Assembly (NCBI GenBank): GCA_035221665.1 | Contig: CM069162.1 | Location: 22,692,001 to 22,756,000 of the forward strand | DNA length: 64,000 bases | Reading direction: 5' to 3' | Source: Okamejei kenojei | Lineage: Eukaryota | Shown here: one piece after another, positions 1 through 11,090 of the stretch | How positions within the stretch are numbered: position 1 is the first letter of the stretch | How the letters are laid out: the number at the start of each line of letters is the position of its first letter | The notes under the pieces: generated by a model | What the model saw: the letters and a program-made list of their open reading frames with translations, nothing else | The model's database searches: none | What the model was told of the DNA's origin: nothing | Translations under genes and position numbers: made by a program

Positions 1-1685
1 AGTGTCAAACATTTTCTCTTATAATCTTAGAAAATTACCATTGGAGAAGAACTGAAATATTGAGAGAGTGGTTGAATTGCCAGTGATCCCAGTCTCCTAT
101 TCTTTCTTTGTCTGCTTGTTTGAATATTAAAGAAGTGAAGAGGAGGGGTAGCATTTCACATGCAACTCTTGAAAGGTTCCCCATTCAGAGCATTGTGTTA
201 GGACTGTGATGTTGCCAGGTTTCTGCATGGCTTTCCAGAGCGATGCCTTAAGAGACCAGTTTAATGTCTAGGCTTGGATTTAACTGTTTCCTGATTTGAA
301 CAGCGAAATATTAGCAGCAAACAACCTATGTGTTTGCAGACACTAAAACTCTTCCAGATGCACAATCTAATAACACAATTTTTAAAATGTATTTATCATG
401 GAATTTTATCACGTACCATTATTCAGTTTGCTTTGCAGATTAGATTCTAGAAATTGCTATGATCTTTCATGAAAAATATCAGGTTATTTCAATTTTCATG
501 CCATGAAAGTAATTCATACTCATTGTACATTAAGGTCTAGGAGAAATGGTAGACCACAACATCTGATGCAACCCAAGTTATATTTTAAACTATGTTACAG
601 GAACAAAAAAGGAGCATACCATAGAGATTAATGAAGACTTGGAATATAGGATAACCTGACTGAAAGTCCATTTGTGAAGTATCGACCCCACTGCCATATA
701 GAATGGAAACAAAATCAGGGTTCTTATTGTCTTCTTATGGTTCTCATCCCATTTAGTGCAACACGGCTCATGAGCCGAGTGAAGATGGTCATGACTGTTT
801 TCGTAGAGAATTATGCTTGGAGAGCCCGCAGAGCCTGGTGCTGGGTGACAACTTTTAAAAGGCTTGGTATCATATAATTATGAGTGATTATAAACTATAT
901 TGTATTAAAAGATAACCTAAAGGAACATGTGATGGTCCATTGCCATAGTCAGTAATGGCTTACTTTACTTTAATTACCTGACTTGGTTTAATGACTGGGT
1001 TGGAGATGGTTAACAGAGAAAATTACTTGTAACCCATCCCCCATCACTTACTTATTTACTTGTAGGTAGCTGGAGGGAAGGGGGTGGTTGTAGTAAGACT
1101 TTGGTTGGCTAGAATAATGATTGTTGTGTATCAGCTGTGTAGATTTATGAGTGTTTTGAGTCTGACTAAATATTGTGATGGCATTGTTCATTTAAGAAGT
1201 GGGATCATTTATATAATGATTTACAGACTTTTTTATAGGGGGAGGGATGTAGGAAATTATAAATGTAAAAAATGGTTAATGAAGTTTTACTATAAATTTG
1301 ATGCTCAGCTACCATTATATGTACCATATCTTATGATTTCTCTCTTATACCCAGTATAATAACCTACTAAAACATAATTTCACTATTTTTAAAATTAGCA
1401 CATGAAGTTCTATAAATTCTATGATGCAGTTGTATGTTTAATTGCATTCTGTATTAGTGGAATAAAGCTTTTAGTTTCCTATGATATGTTTTTCTAGAAG
1501 AGCCTGGGAGGACCCAACTATATTTTCAAATTTGATATCAAAAAAGTTCCCAGACTTGACTTTGGTTTGAGTCAGATCATAATTTTATATGCAAATAGAT
1601 TCCTACTTCTTGGAATTAGTGGGTGATTTTCTTTCTCCGCCCATTACATTTTCAATTAGTCACGCCAAAACTCAGTGTGACTAGT

Positions 1686-1759
1686 AGTCTGAAGAAGGGC
1701 CTCGACCCGAGACATCCCCAGATGCTGCCTGACCCGCTGAGTTCCTCCAGCACTTTGTG
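1686..1759 (+). mobile_element. Short Penelope-terminus element with degenerate hammerhead motif, interrupted by the larger Penelope insertion
   Basis: CTGAAGAAGGGCCTCGACCCGAGACATC...AGATGCTGCCTGACCCGCTGAGTTCCTCCAGCACTTTGTG matches the 3' terminus of the Penelope copies at 1757-3417 and 33681-34312; its tail (TTTGTGTTTTGC) resumes at about 3419. Confidence 0.75.
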
Positions 1760-3417
1760 CTGGAGAAACTCAACGGGCGCAGCAGCATCTATGGAGAGCA
1801 TCTATGGAGCGAAGGAAATAGGCAACGTTTCGGGCCGAAACCCTTCTTCAGATTGATGTAGGGTGTAGGGGTGGGGGGGGGGGGGGGGGGGGGGAGAAGA
1901 AAGGAGAAAGGAAGAGGAGGAGCCTGAGGGCTGAAGGAGAGCTGGGAAGGGGAGGAGACAGCAAGGGGTACCAGAAATTGGAGAAGTCAATGTTTATGCC
2001 GCTAGGGTGCAAACTGCCCAAGCGGAATATGAGGTGCTGCTCCTCCAATTTCCCCTGGGCCTCCTCCATGGCCAGGGTGGTGCTCACTCTGGCCATGGAG
2101 GAGGCCCAGGACAGAAAGGTCGGATTCGGAATGCGAGGGGGAGTTGAAGTGCTGAGCCACAGGGAGATCAGGTTGGTTAATGCGGACCGAGCGGAGGTGT
2201 TCGGCAAAACGTTTGCCAAGCCTACGCTTGGTCTCACCGATGTAGATCAGCTGACATCTAGAGCAGCGGATGCAATAGATGAGGTTGGAGGAGATGTAGG
2301 TGAACCTCTGTCGCACCTGGAACGACTGCTTGGGTCCTTGAATGGAGTAGAGGGGGGAGGTAAAGTGACAAGTGTAGCATCTCCTGCGGTTGCAAGCAAA
2401 ATTGCCTGGGGAGGGGGTGGTGCGAGAGGGAAGGGAAGAATTGACCAGGGAATCACGGAGGGAGCGGTCTTTGCGGAAAGCAGACGGGGGGGAGATGGGA
2501 AGATGTGGCGAGTGGTGGGGTCACATTTGAGATGACGGAGGACTATTTGTTGTACGTGACGGCTAGTGGGGTGAAAGGTGAGGACTAGGGGGACTCTGCC
2601 CTTGTTACGAGTGGGGGGATGGGGAGAGAGAGCAGTGTTATGGGGTATTGAAGAGACCCTGGTTAGAGCCTCATCTATAGTAGGGGAGGGGAAACCCCGT
2701 TCCCTGAAGAATGAGGACATTTCCGATGCCCTGCTGTGGAACACCTCATCCTGGGAGCAGATGCGGCATAGACGGAGGAATTGGGAGTAGGGAATGGAGT
2801 TCTTACAGGAAGCAGGGTGGGAAGAAGTGTAGTCTAGATAGCCATGGGAGTCAGTGGGTTTATAGTGGATGTTGATCAGAAGTCTATCATCTGCGATGGA
2901 GATAGTGAGGTCAAGAAATGGTAGGGATGTCGGAAATGATCCAGGTGTATTTGAGTGCCGGATGGAAGTTAGTGGTGAAGCGGATGAAGTCAGTCAGTTG
3001 TGTGTGGGTGCAGGAGGTAGCACCAAAGCAATTGTCGATGTAGCGGAGGTAGAGGTCGGAGATGGGGCCCTGGCACGCCTCGAACAAGGGTTGTTCGATG
3101 TACACTACAAAGGGGCAGGCATAGCTGGGGCCCATGCACCTGCCCATAGCTGCACCTTGTATTTGGAGGAAATGGGAGTAGTCAAACGAGAAGTTATTAA
3201 GGGTAAGGACCAGCTCCACTAGGCGGAGGAGAGTATCTGTAGACGGGGATTGGTTGGTTCTCCTGTTGAGGAAGAACCGGAGGGCTTTGAGACCCTCCTG
3301 GTGGGGGATAGAGGTGTAGAGTGGACGTCCATGGTGAAGATGAGGGGATGTGGGCCTAGAGAATGGAATGCCCGGAGAGGACAGAGAGTGTCTGAGGTGT
3401 CTTGAACATAGGTAAGG
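1757..3417 (-). mobile_element. Penelope-like retroelement, 5'-truncated and frameshifted (RT + GIY-YIG endonuclease + 3' UTR)
   Basis: Minus-strand ORF pieces encode RT motifs (QIQGAAMGRCMGPSYA, YLRYIDN), the linker RVPLVLTFHP and GIY-YIG (LIYCIRCSRCQLIYIGETKRRLGKRFAEHLR...VAQHFN), followed by a C-rich 3' UTR and the conserved terminus. Confidence 0.93.
1821..1854 (-). ncRNA. Putative minimal type I hammerhead ribozyme in the Penelope 3' region
   Basis: Minus strand reads CUGAAGA-A-GGGU-UUCG-GCCC-GAAA-CGUU-GCC: both conserved core boxes, a 4-bp stem II and a palindromic AACGUU stem III; stem I pairing is weak in this copy. Confidence 0.55.
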
Positions 3418-4720
3418 TTTTGTGTTTTGCAGTGTGACTAACTACTTGAATCATATACTACCTTACCTCCTAATAAAGAACTACCTGGCGGGCACTCAGA
3501 CTCTGCGGTAAATCTTGCTTGCACGAGGTAATTTAGTGGTTGGGGAGATTGATGTTGAACTAGCAAATATTTTTGTGCATTTGGGCGTCATTTGACGCAA
3601 CTTAACCCCTTGGTGTATAAGTGAAATAACTAAATTAATAAAATTTGGTATTGGACAATCAGACACACTACCCTGTACCAGTTAGATTTTTTAATTAATT
3701 ATGAGGCTCGGGATATAAAGTGGTATACCTGCTAGGCCTTGGCTCTGTTCTCAGCTAGGACTTTCTTAGTAACTGCGATCACAGAAGCAAGAGTACTGGT
3801 AAGTTTATAATATTTGCCTCAGCTCAACAAATGAAATTGACAAGGAGCATTTTAAGAATGAAAAAGGAAAATGGTATAGTAAGAAAGAAAACAAATCCAT
3901 TTGCAGGTATAAAGAAATAAAGGAGGTACAGACCTTTAAAGGGATAGTAGACAGATGGGGAAGGAATATGAATATAAGATGGGGGAGGTCAGTCTACCAG
4001 CCGTATTTAGTGAATAGAGGGGGAAATGCAAGCAGAAAACAAAAGCTGACAGGCAGCCTTCAACCCCAGCCTAACAAGAGTGTATGCATGAAAGATCAAG
4101 CCTATTCAGAGTTTTGAAGGGAAATCTCTGGAGGACCACCTGAAAGATTTGGAGAGGACATTATCTGCAGCTGGGATTTGAATTTAAAAAAACAGTTTAG
4201 AAAGAAATGCCTAAATTAGGAGTGAGAACAAGAGGATTACAGTTCATTGATGCACAGCTACTTTAGGGATGTGTTTACATATACCAGAAATGACATTTGC
4301 AAATGTCTTGGGCAAGATTTTTAAAGCAAAAATAAACAAGATATTTTTCTAATTCATCTGTGAGGGTTAAGTGACTACCTGGAACAACAGAATGGTATTT
4401 ATTTTTTATCTTTGTTATTTGGTGTTTAAAAGGACCCATGCAACAATTTTGAAAAACGAGACAGCTACCATACATATGAATTATTTCAAGAAGGGGATTT
4501 TTTGACTTTCCAGAAAATTTAGATCAAAATATGAGATTTGGATAAACTTTGTGGATGTTTTTAAAGGACTGAAAATTGCCAACAAGTCTTCACCGGGATG
4601 TGTATGTTTAAAAGAAACTTCTGGTTATGGAGAACACATTTGAGTTTTCCAGATGTCTTTTTGCAGCTATTAAATATTAGATCACGGTCATTCCTGTTGC
4701 ATTAACTTATAACGTGGATT

Positions 4721-5129
4721 CCTTTTTTTAAATTTTATTAGAAGTAAAAAAGTACTAGAATATGGCACCAAGGTGCCTAATATATATTGACATATTACAT
4801 TTTATGTACAGCTTCTTCTTATTTTTTTGTTTTAATAATGAAAAAGAAAAAGAGAGAATAGATAATAAAAGATAAAGAAACGTGTGATATACAGTGTGTG
4901 AGAAAGAAAAACGTGTGAAAGAAGAAAGTTGAAAAAAAAAGAAAGAAAAAGAGTAGAAAGTAAGAGATTAAGGAGATCGTTGTCTATATTCTTGACCATC
5001 CCTCACCCAATCCTGCAACAGCTTCTACGGTTTTGTTACACCATATGTTTCCAAAAAATCGACAAATGGAGACCAACTCGTTAAGAATTGGTCTGATTTA
5101 TCTATTAGGAGGAATCGCATTTCCTCAAG
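4721..5129 (-). mobile_element. L1/Tx1-clade LINE 3' end (ORF2 C-terminus, 3' UTR, short A tail)
   Basis: Flanked by the 10-bp direct repeat AACGTGGATT (4711-4720, 5130-5139); minus strand encodes LEEMRFLLIDKSDQFLTSWSPFVDFL, resembling fish L1 ORF2 ends, then a pyrimidine-rich UTR, AATAAA and an A run. Confidence 0.75.
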
Positions 5130-7920
5130 AACGTGGATTTCTAAGAGATGTTGCACCTTTTTACAAATGTACAGTCCATCGATGTCATAAATTGATTTAA
5201 TATGTCCTTTTTATTTCTTGTCAATCAATAAACTTTGCTCCACGTATGCCCTTTTTAAAGAGAACAGGAAAAGAAGGGTAATTACTAAATAACCTTTTTA
5301 CAGACTACTGTGTTTATAAAATTATTTTGGCTCATTTGCAAATTGATTAGCTAAGAAGAATACTGCCAAGGCAAATTGGATTGGTTTGTGAAATTTAGTT
5401 GAACCGGGTAAATTTCTGTTTCTATGAGTAAATGCTCGTCAGCCAAAAAAGGCAGTGCTGCCCATAAATTACAGAGAATGTGACCAAATAATTCTTAATC
5501 TGTTGAATATTTAATCTTGCAGAAAGGAAAATACAATTATCACTTTGTTTTTTGTCAAACTTACTTTTGAAATGATTGCTGGGCATTTCAAGACATGTAT
5601 ATTCTGGTATTGGTTTATTATTGTCATGAATATTGTGAGACAGTGAACAACTTTGTTTCACGAGTTATCCAGGCACATCATATCATATGTGAGTTCTTTA
5701 GTTGAACTAAGGAATTGTGAGATGCCTCTTAACAGTATTTGTGAAGTAAATAGCAGATTTACTTTTCTCTCAAATTGGGATTCAGTCGGTGACCAGAAAG
5801 TAGAAGTACACTGCAAATTGCAAAGTGATTATGACCTTGCTTGGCGTATTCAGCTGCAAATTTGAGCAATATTTATATGTTGGGTGCCCTTAAAGCTGCT
5901 ATTAATTTTAGAACAGCCAAGTTTTACCAAAGCTAGATGATAATTTCATACAAAGTGTTAAGACATATCCTGTAACATTGCATAGAAAACTGAATTTGTG
6001 GTAATAAAAACTCTTTTTAAGGCAGCCTGCTGTTTGTTTTATTCACTCTGTTGTAGAAATTATCTTGGGTTTGTAGCAACTTGTTTTTTAAGTTTAACAT
6101 TTTGGAAGAATACCAGGGAACAATTTAATATGTGACAACTATTGAACTTGTATAGATCTGTTCGTGCATTGAAGCTTTTTTGGCTGGCTGTGCTGAAATT
6201 GAATTTTAAAATTGCAAGGTAAAAAGCATTTAATTATATCACAATCTTTTTTTTACTGTGATTTTGTAAATGGAATTTAGTATTTGCTGTGAAAATAGCT
6301 GTAAAATATCTTGGCCAATGTGTACAAGTTAAGTTAGCTCATTCCTTCTGACCATTTAAAATCTGTAGGCATGTCATTAATCCTAATAGAACATGATAGG
6401 GTTTCAGCTGTGTTTTTAAAGTGAATTTTAGCTTAATATTATTGAAACAATTTCTCCTCTGTCAATTCTATCATTTCTGTTACAAGTAGATACACTATTG
6501 ATACCTGGGGGAAAAATGCATTGTTGTGCCCAATAATAAAGTGTATCATCTTGTAGATTGTTTATTAAATAACTGCAACAAAGGTAAACCAATATGATAA
6601 GGCTTTAAATAAATATTATAAAACATATATTGCTGAAAAAAATCTGATTTGAAGAAAGGGTAATGAAATAAATGTATTTGTTGCAAAGTTGTTTTTAGCA
6701 TTTTTTTTTAAAGAGCTCAGTGATTTGGTTGGGTAATGCAGGAGGAGAGGCTGCTTGCTGTCCTTTCAGTACAAAGGGCACAATGTCTGTTTGCATTATT
6801 CATTACTCTGAAATATACACATCTTTGGCATCTTCTCGTTCTCTATATGGCCAGTCACACCGTCTGCGCTGTCTGACATTGGTCTAATCAAGCTATGGTG
6901 ATGAGGCTAGACACATGCAATATGATGCTGCAGTTATATTAAGATTTGTTGTAATCTAGACTTGGTCTGTTGAGCAAATACAAACAGTATAAGATGTTAT
7001 TTAAAAATAACGGCCTTGCAATGTGTTGTGTTAGACGGAATACTTCAATAAAAAGTGATAACCTGGTAGTTATAGTCGCTGATGGAAATTTTAACTTTTA
7101 CACAGGAAAGCAGTCCACTGCACAAGCAGCCCATCTGGTAGCAGTGATGGGAGGCCCAGACGATTTATAACTGCTGGTTCTCATTAATGAGCCCCTGACT
7201 GAGTTAGGCTGAGAAGTTAGCAGGAATCAGATGGCCCGGAGGCTGCCCATCAGGCTTTGGATAAATGTGCGGATGTGGATTCTGAGCAGCCAGGGATTCT
7301 GTAGGGGGTGGGAGCCAGGCAGGAGCCAACGCCCCTGGAGGACATGAAGGGGCACTCTTACTCCTAACCACACAAAGGTTTGATAGACTCACTAAGTTCT
7401 TGGTGTTTAGACTGCACAGATTGACGGGATAACTTACCTGCTCCATTCGTGGTATGCATATGGGTTTTTTGCGGAATGAGGGAAATTAACATGCCACAGA
7501 ATTTAACTTTCAAGGCTTTAACCTGAAGGAGCGCATTGGGCACACAGTAAGAGTGAACATCAGTAACTGGAGGAAGAAAATAAATAGAAATGCTGCAAGT
7601 TCGATAGGGAAAAGTAGCTTCAGGGCAGTAATGAAAAGGACTTGGACAAAAGCAGAATAAGCAATTTTATTACCAGTCCAATGCTCGGTTACATTGGTGT
7701 TTGGGGGAAGGTAATATTAATTTGAGTTTCCATTATCATCAGACATTTGAAGTAGCTTACCTTTCTTAATCTGTTTGCCAACCACATTCTTTTAGCAATA
7801 AGAATGTTGAAGCTTCATAGAGCACACGACCTGCAATTTTCTGATAGTTTGTCTTTTGAAAATTTTGTATAAAATTATATCCTTATGGTAGACAAAGTTT
7901 AAAGTTGGAGTGGTGCATGA

Positions 7921-8006
7921 TCATGGCCTATACAGTATGGAAACAGGCACTTCGACCCAACTTGTCCATGCCAACCACGATGTCCCATCTTCGCTAGTCC
8001 CATCTG
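7921..8006 (-). mobile_element. Degenerate CR1-type LINE 3' tail
   Basis: TACAGTATGGAAACAGGC...CTAGTCCCATCT resembles the tails at 40300 and 62680. Confidence 0.6.
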
Positions 8007-8107
8007 TTGAGCATCATTCTGTAAGCAAAACGTGTAATTGAAATGAATTGTGGTATTAAAATAGATGAAATAGTTTAAAAAAATTCAAAATATAGTTTCA
8101 GAAATAT

Positions 8108-8145
8108 ATTTTTAACTCCGAATTTTAAAATTCGGAGTTAAAAAT
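8108..8145. repeat. Perfect 38-bp palindrome
   Basis: ATTTTTAACTCCGAATTTT followed directly by its exact reverse complement AAAATTCGGAGTTAAAAAT. Confidence 0.95.
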
Positions 8146-9319
8146 CCAGAGAAACTGGATTTAATTGCTATTTTTAAAAATCCAATATTTGATTCTGTCA
8201 GAGGAATTATTGTTGGAAGTTACTTGGATTTCCTTTGTTTATTCTCTGGGTTTTTTAATAGATCTTGTAAAGTGCATAGTAAATATAGATAGAGACAGTA
8301 AAGAAAGAAGCAGGTCATGACTGTCAACCTAAGCAAAGGAAGGGGGTGGGGGGGGGGGAGAACTTTTGAAAGCTCTCAATGACAAAAGGAACCTTGTGTT
8401 GTTTTGAAACTGCTTTCAAGACACACAGTGATGTCTAATTGGTGTGGTCCAGCTCAGCAAAGAGACCTCTGTCTGCTCTGAGTAAAAGCAACACTGTTGA
8501 CAGCGTAACACCTGGCTGTGCTCCAGAATCAGTCCTGGCCTTGGAAATGGGAGCACATTTTATCGCTTGATTTTCTGCTGCATCGTAAGTATTTGAGCCT
8601 TGTGAATGGCTTATGATTATTCCTCAATGCCAAGTGACTGCTGGAGTTCAAGTGTAGAACAGAATGTACAGAGCAACAATCGATATACTAAGTAATCACC
8701 CAACACTGGGGAAAGGGGTGGTGGTGTTTTTGTAGGTTACAGTGAACTTTGTAACATGACCCTGCTGTTTTATCAGTAATGCACTTGTAAACATTCCACA
8801 AATATACAAGGAAAACACAAAATTAGTTGATTTTGTACACTGGCTAGAAAGTGAAGTGAAAAGTAATATTCTGAAAATTCTGTATGTGGTTGTATTTGAG
8901 CGTTGAAGAAGTTTTAAACGTATTGTAGGCAATATGATATTTGCAGCATTATTCTCTGTGGTTTCTTTGTTTCAAAATATGTCAATGTTTTGGACAGTGT
9001 TGTCACTTTTCCTTTGTTTTGGTTGGTTTAATGTACAATTAAAAGCAATGAGCATTCTTTGGAAACTTTAAAAAAAAAGCAAAATGGTAAGAGTGAATAA
9101 AGCAATGGAAAAATGCAATCTATAGAATTCATTAGTATTTTTTGTGAAATTAATAGAGGCTTGGGATAGATTAGTTCACACTGAACCATTTAACGTTTTC
9201 CTCTTTTTGTAAAATTTGTTTTGTTGTTTGAAGTTTCCGACAGAAAGATTAACCCTGCTACTTTATAAATAATTTTGAATTTTGTTTGATTTCATTACTT
9301 CTGCTGAGTTTTCTGTTAG

Positions 9320-9346
9320 TCTCATTTTGAATGCTACTTTGAGCAG
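9320..9346 (+). other. Candidate 27-nt microexon
   Basis: TTTTCTGTTAG acceptor, 27 nt, then a consensus CAG|GTAAGT donor; open in two of three phases. No homology recognised. Confidence 0.2.
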
Positions 9347-9841
9347 GTAAGTACTGATGAGGAAATGGAACAAAGTACAGTGCTTAACATTCTAGAATTC
9401 CCAAAATTCTCTAAGGATCTGAAGAAATTATTGAAAGCCCCAAATTGTACAACACTTAGAAATTAGTGATGTAAATTAATCTAGAATAATAAGTCACAAT
9501 TTTATTGTTAACCATTATACAGGTTTGAATCAATCTATACAGGTATAGTGTTTTGTGTCTTTACACTACATCCTCTGTTGCATGAAATCATGGGTTTGAT
9601 TAGTTCATTGTCATATATGTGAATGTGCAATGAATTCCTTGTTCACACAGTAAGCAATATACTAATGATAAAATAGCAATAAGTAATTGACAAGTGAAAA
9701 TCACCAGAATGTAGTGTAAAATCCAATGAATGCAAACAATTATTGAAGTGCAATAATCGAATAACTGAATGAGGTCAAGTTAACTGTAAGCATATGTGAC
9801 ATACCTCCAGGAATGAGGTGCGAAAGAGGTGATTGGTTCAG

Positions 9842-10210
9842 GAGACACAAGGAACTGCACATGCTGGAATCTCAAGCAAAAAACACAAAGTGCTGGAGTA
9901 GCTCAGTAAGTCAGGCAGCATCTCTAGAGAACATGGATAGATGATATTTTGGGTCAGGACCCTTCTTCAGCCTGATTGTAGGAGGTGCAAAAAAGCTGGA
10001 AGAGTGCTGGCTGCAAGACAAAATCACCACTCTGCTGTTGGAGATAGATCCGTGTCTTCTGTGTCCTTTAGTTGTGCTCTCACTCTTCCCCCTGACAGAA
10101 TGGAACGGAACAATGGTAGAATTCTCCTGGTCCTTATCTTTCACCCTACCAGCTATCTCCACAACTCTATGGTTCACTCATCCATTCCCAGCCAAACCAA
10201 CTCTTAGCCA
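9842..10210. mobile_element. Rearranged Penelope remnant: minus-strand terminus joined to a plus-strand coding fragment
   Basis: 9842-10030 is the reverse complement of the Penelope terminus; about 10070-10200 encodes GRILLVLIFHPTS, like RVPLVLTFHPTS in the 1757-3417 copy. Confidence 0.75.
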
Positions 10211-10519
10211 GGTCCTGTCAGTACAGAACTGAACAGAGCAAGCTTCATTTGTTTTATTGAATCACTGAGGAGGCCCTAGAAAGCTGAGTTTAAAACAATT
10301 TTGGTCCAGCCAAGAAAAAAAAGGATGTTCTTCTCTTCATGTTTTTTTTTAAAATTAATTTATTCATTCATGGATGTGGACATTTTTGGAAATGTTGACA
10401 TTTATTAACTATCCCTAATTGTTCCTGATCTGAGGAGACAGTTAATGCTCAACCTGATAGTTCTGGGATCCCATATGGGCCAGATTGGGTAAAGACAGTA
10501 GATTTCCTCTTCTGCAGGT

Positions 10520-10628
10520 CATGGGTAAACCTGGTATTTTTGCAACTGTCCAGTAGACTTCCTTTAAAAAAGACATGGGTAAACCTGGTATTTTTGCAAC
10601 TGTCCAGGAGACTTCTTTTTAAAAAAAT
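10520..10628 (+). repeat. 54-bp tandem duplication
   Basis: CATGGGTAAACCTGGTATTTTTGCAACTGTCCAG(T/G)AGACTTC(C/T)TTT... starts at 10520 and again at 10574. Confidence 0.92.
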
Positions 10629-10844
10629 GGCTGCAAGAACAATAATTTAACCACAATTGGCCAGATTGCAATTTTTGTCTCACATAAATAATCTGTCCTC
10701 AGACCTCACCAGAAATTCGACTTGTGTCTTCCTAACTCTTTACTATTATGGTACCCAAGACAAATGGGTTTTACCAGAATAATTACAGGAATCAAGAATT
10801 TCAATTATGGGGTTCGGCTGATAACTGGGGTTAGTTGTTTACAT

Positions 10845-11090
10845 TGGAAGAGGATCTGACAGGGTTATTAAAAGGATATTGACAGGGTCGATGAAGAGAA
10901 ACAATCCCAATGAGGTTATTATCTAGGGGACATGAAATGAAGGTGATTAGTAAAAGAATCAAAACTAACATGAAAGACCTGTTGCATACAGCAAGTGGGT
11001 GTGGTCGGGGTTGTCTCCACTACTCTCTCTTTGCTAGAGAGAGTAGTGGAGACAAGCTTAAATGTGACCATTCAGAAGTGAGCTGAGTGG
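10845..11090 (+). mobile_element. Highly degenerate CR1 3' fragment containing a 20-bp perfect hairpin (11011-11055)
   Basis: Residual similarity to the CR1 ORF2 end (AGAGGATCTGA...TAGGGGACATGA...GTAGTGGAGACAAG); hairpin arms are exact reverse complements. Confidence 0.5.

Noticed and set aside
1-1470. Possible very old L1-like remnant (a similar impression at about 3480-4700)
   Set aside because: Only faint motif echoes and an AATAAA; no alignable peptide by eye, so it needs a profile search.
1860-1895. Long G run as a functional G-quadruplex
   Set aside because: It is the complement of the poly-C tract in the Penelope 3' UTR (also at about 34000), and homopolymer length is unreliable.
1978-3222. 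Plus-strand ORFs of 185 and 117 aa
   Set aside because: Antisense shadows of the GC-rich Penelope coding strand.
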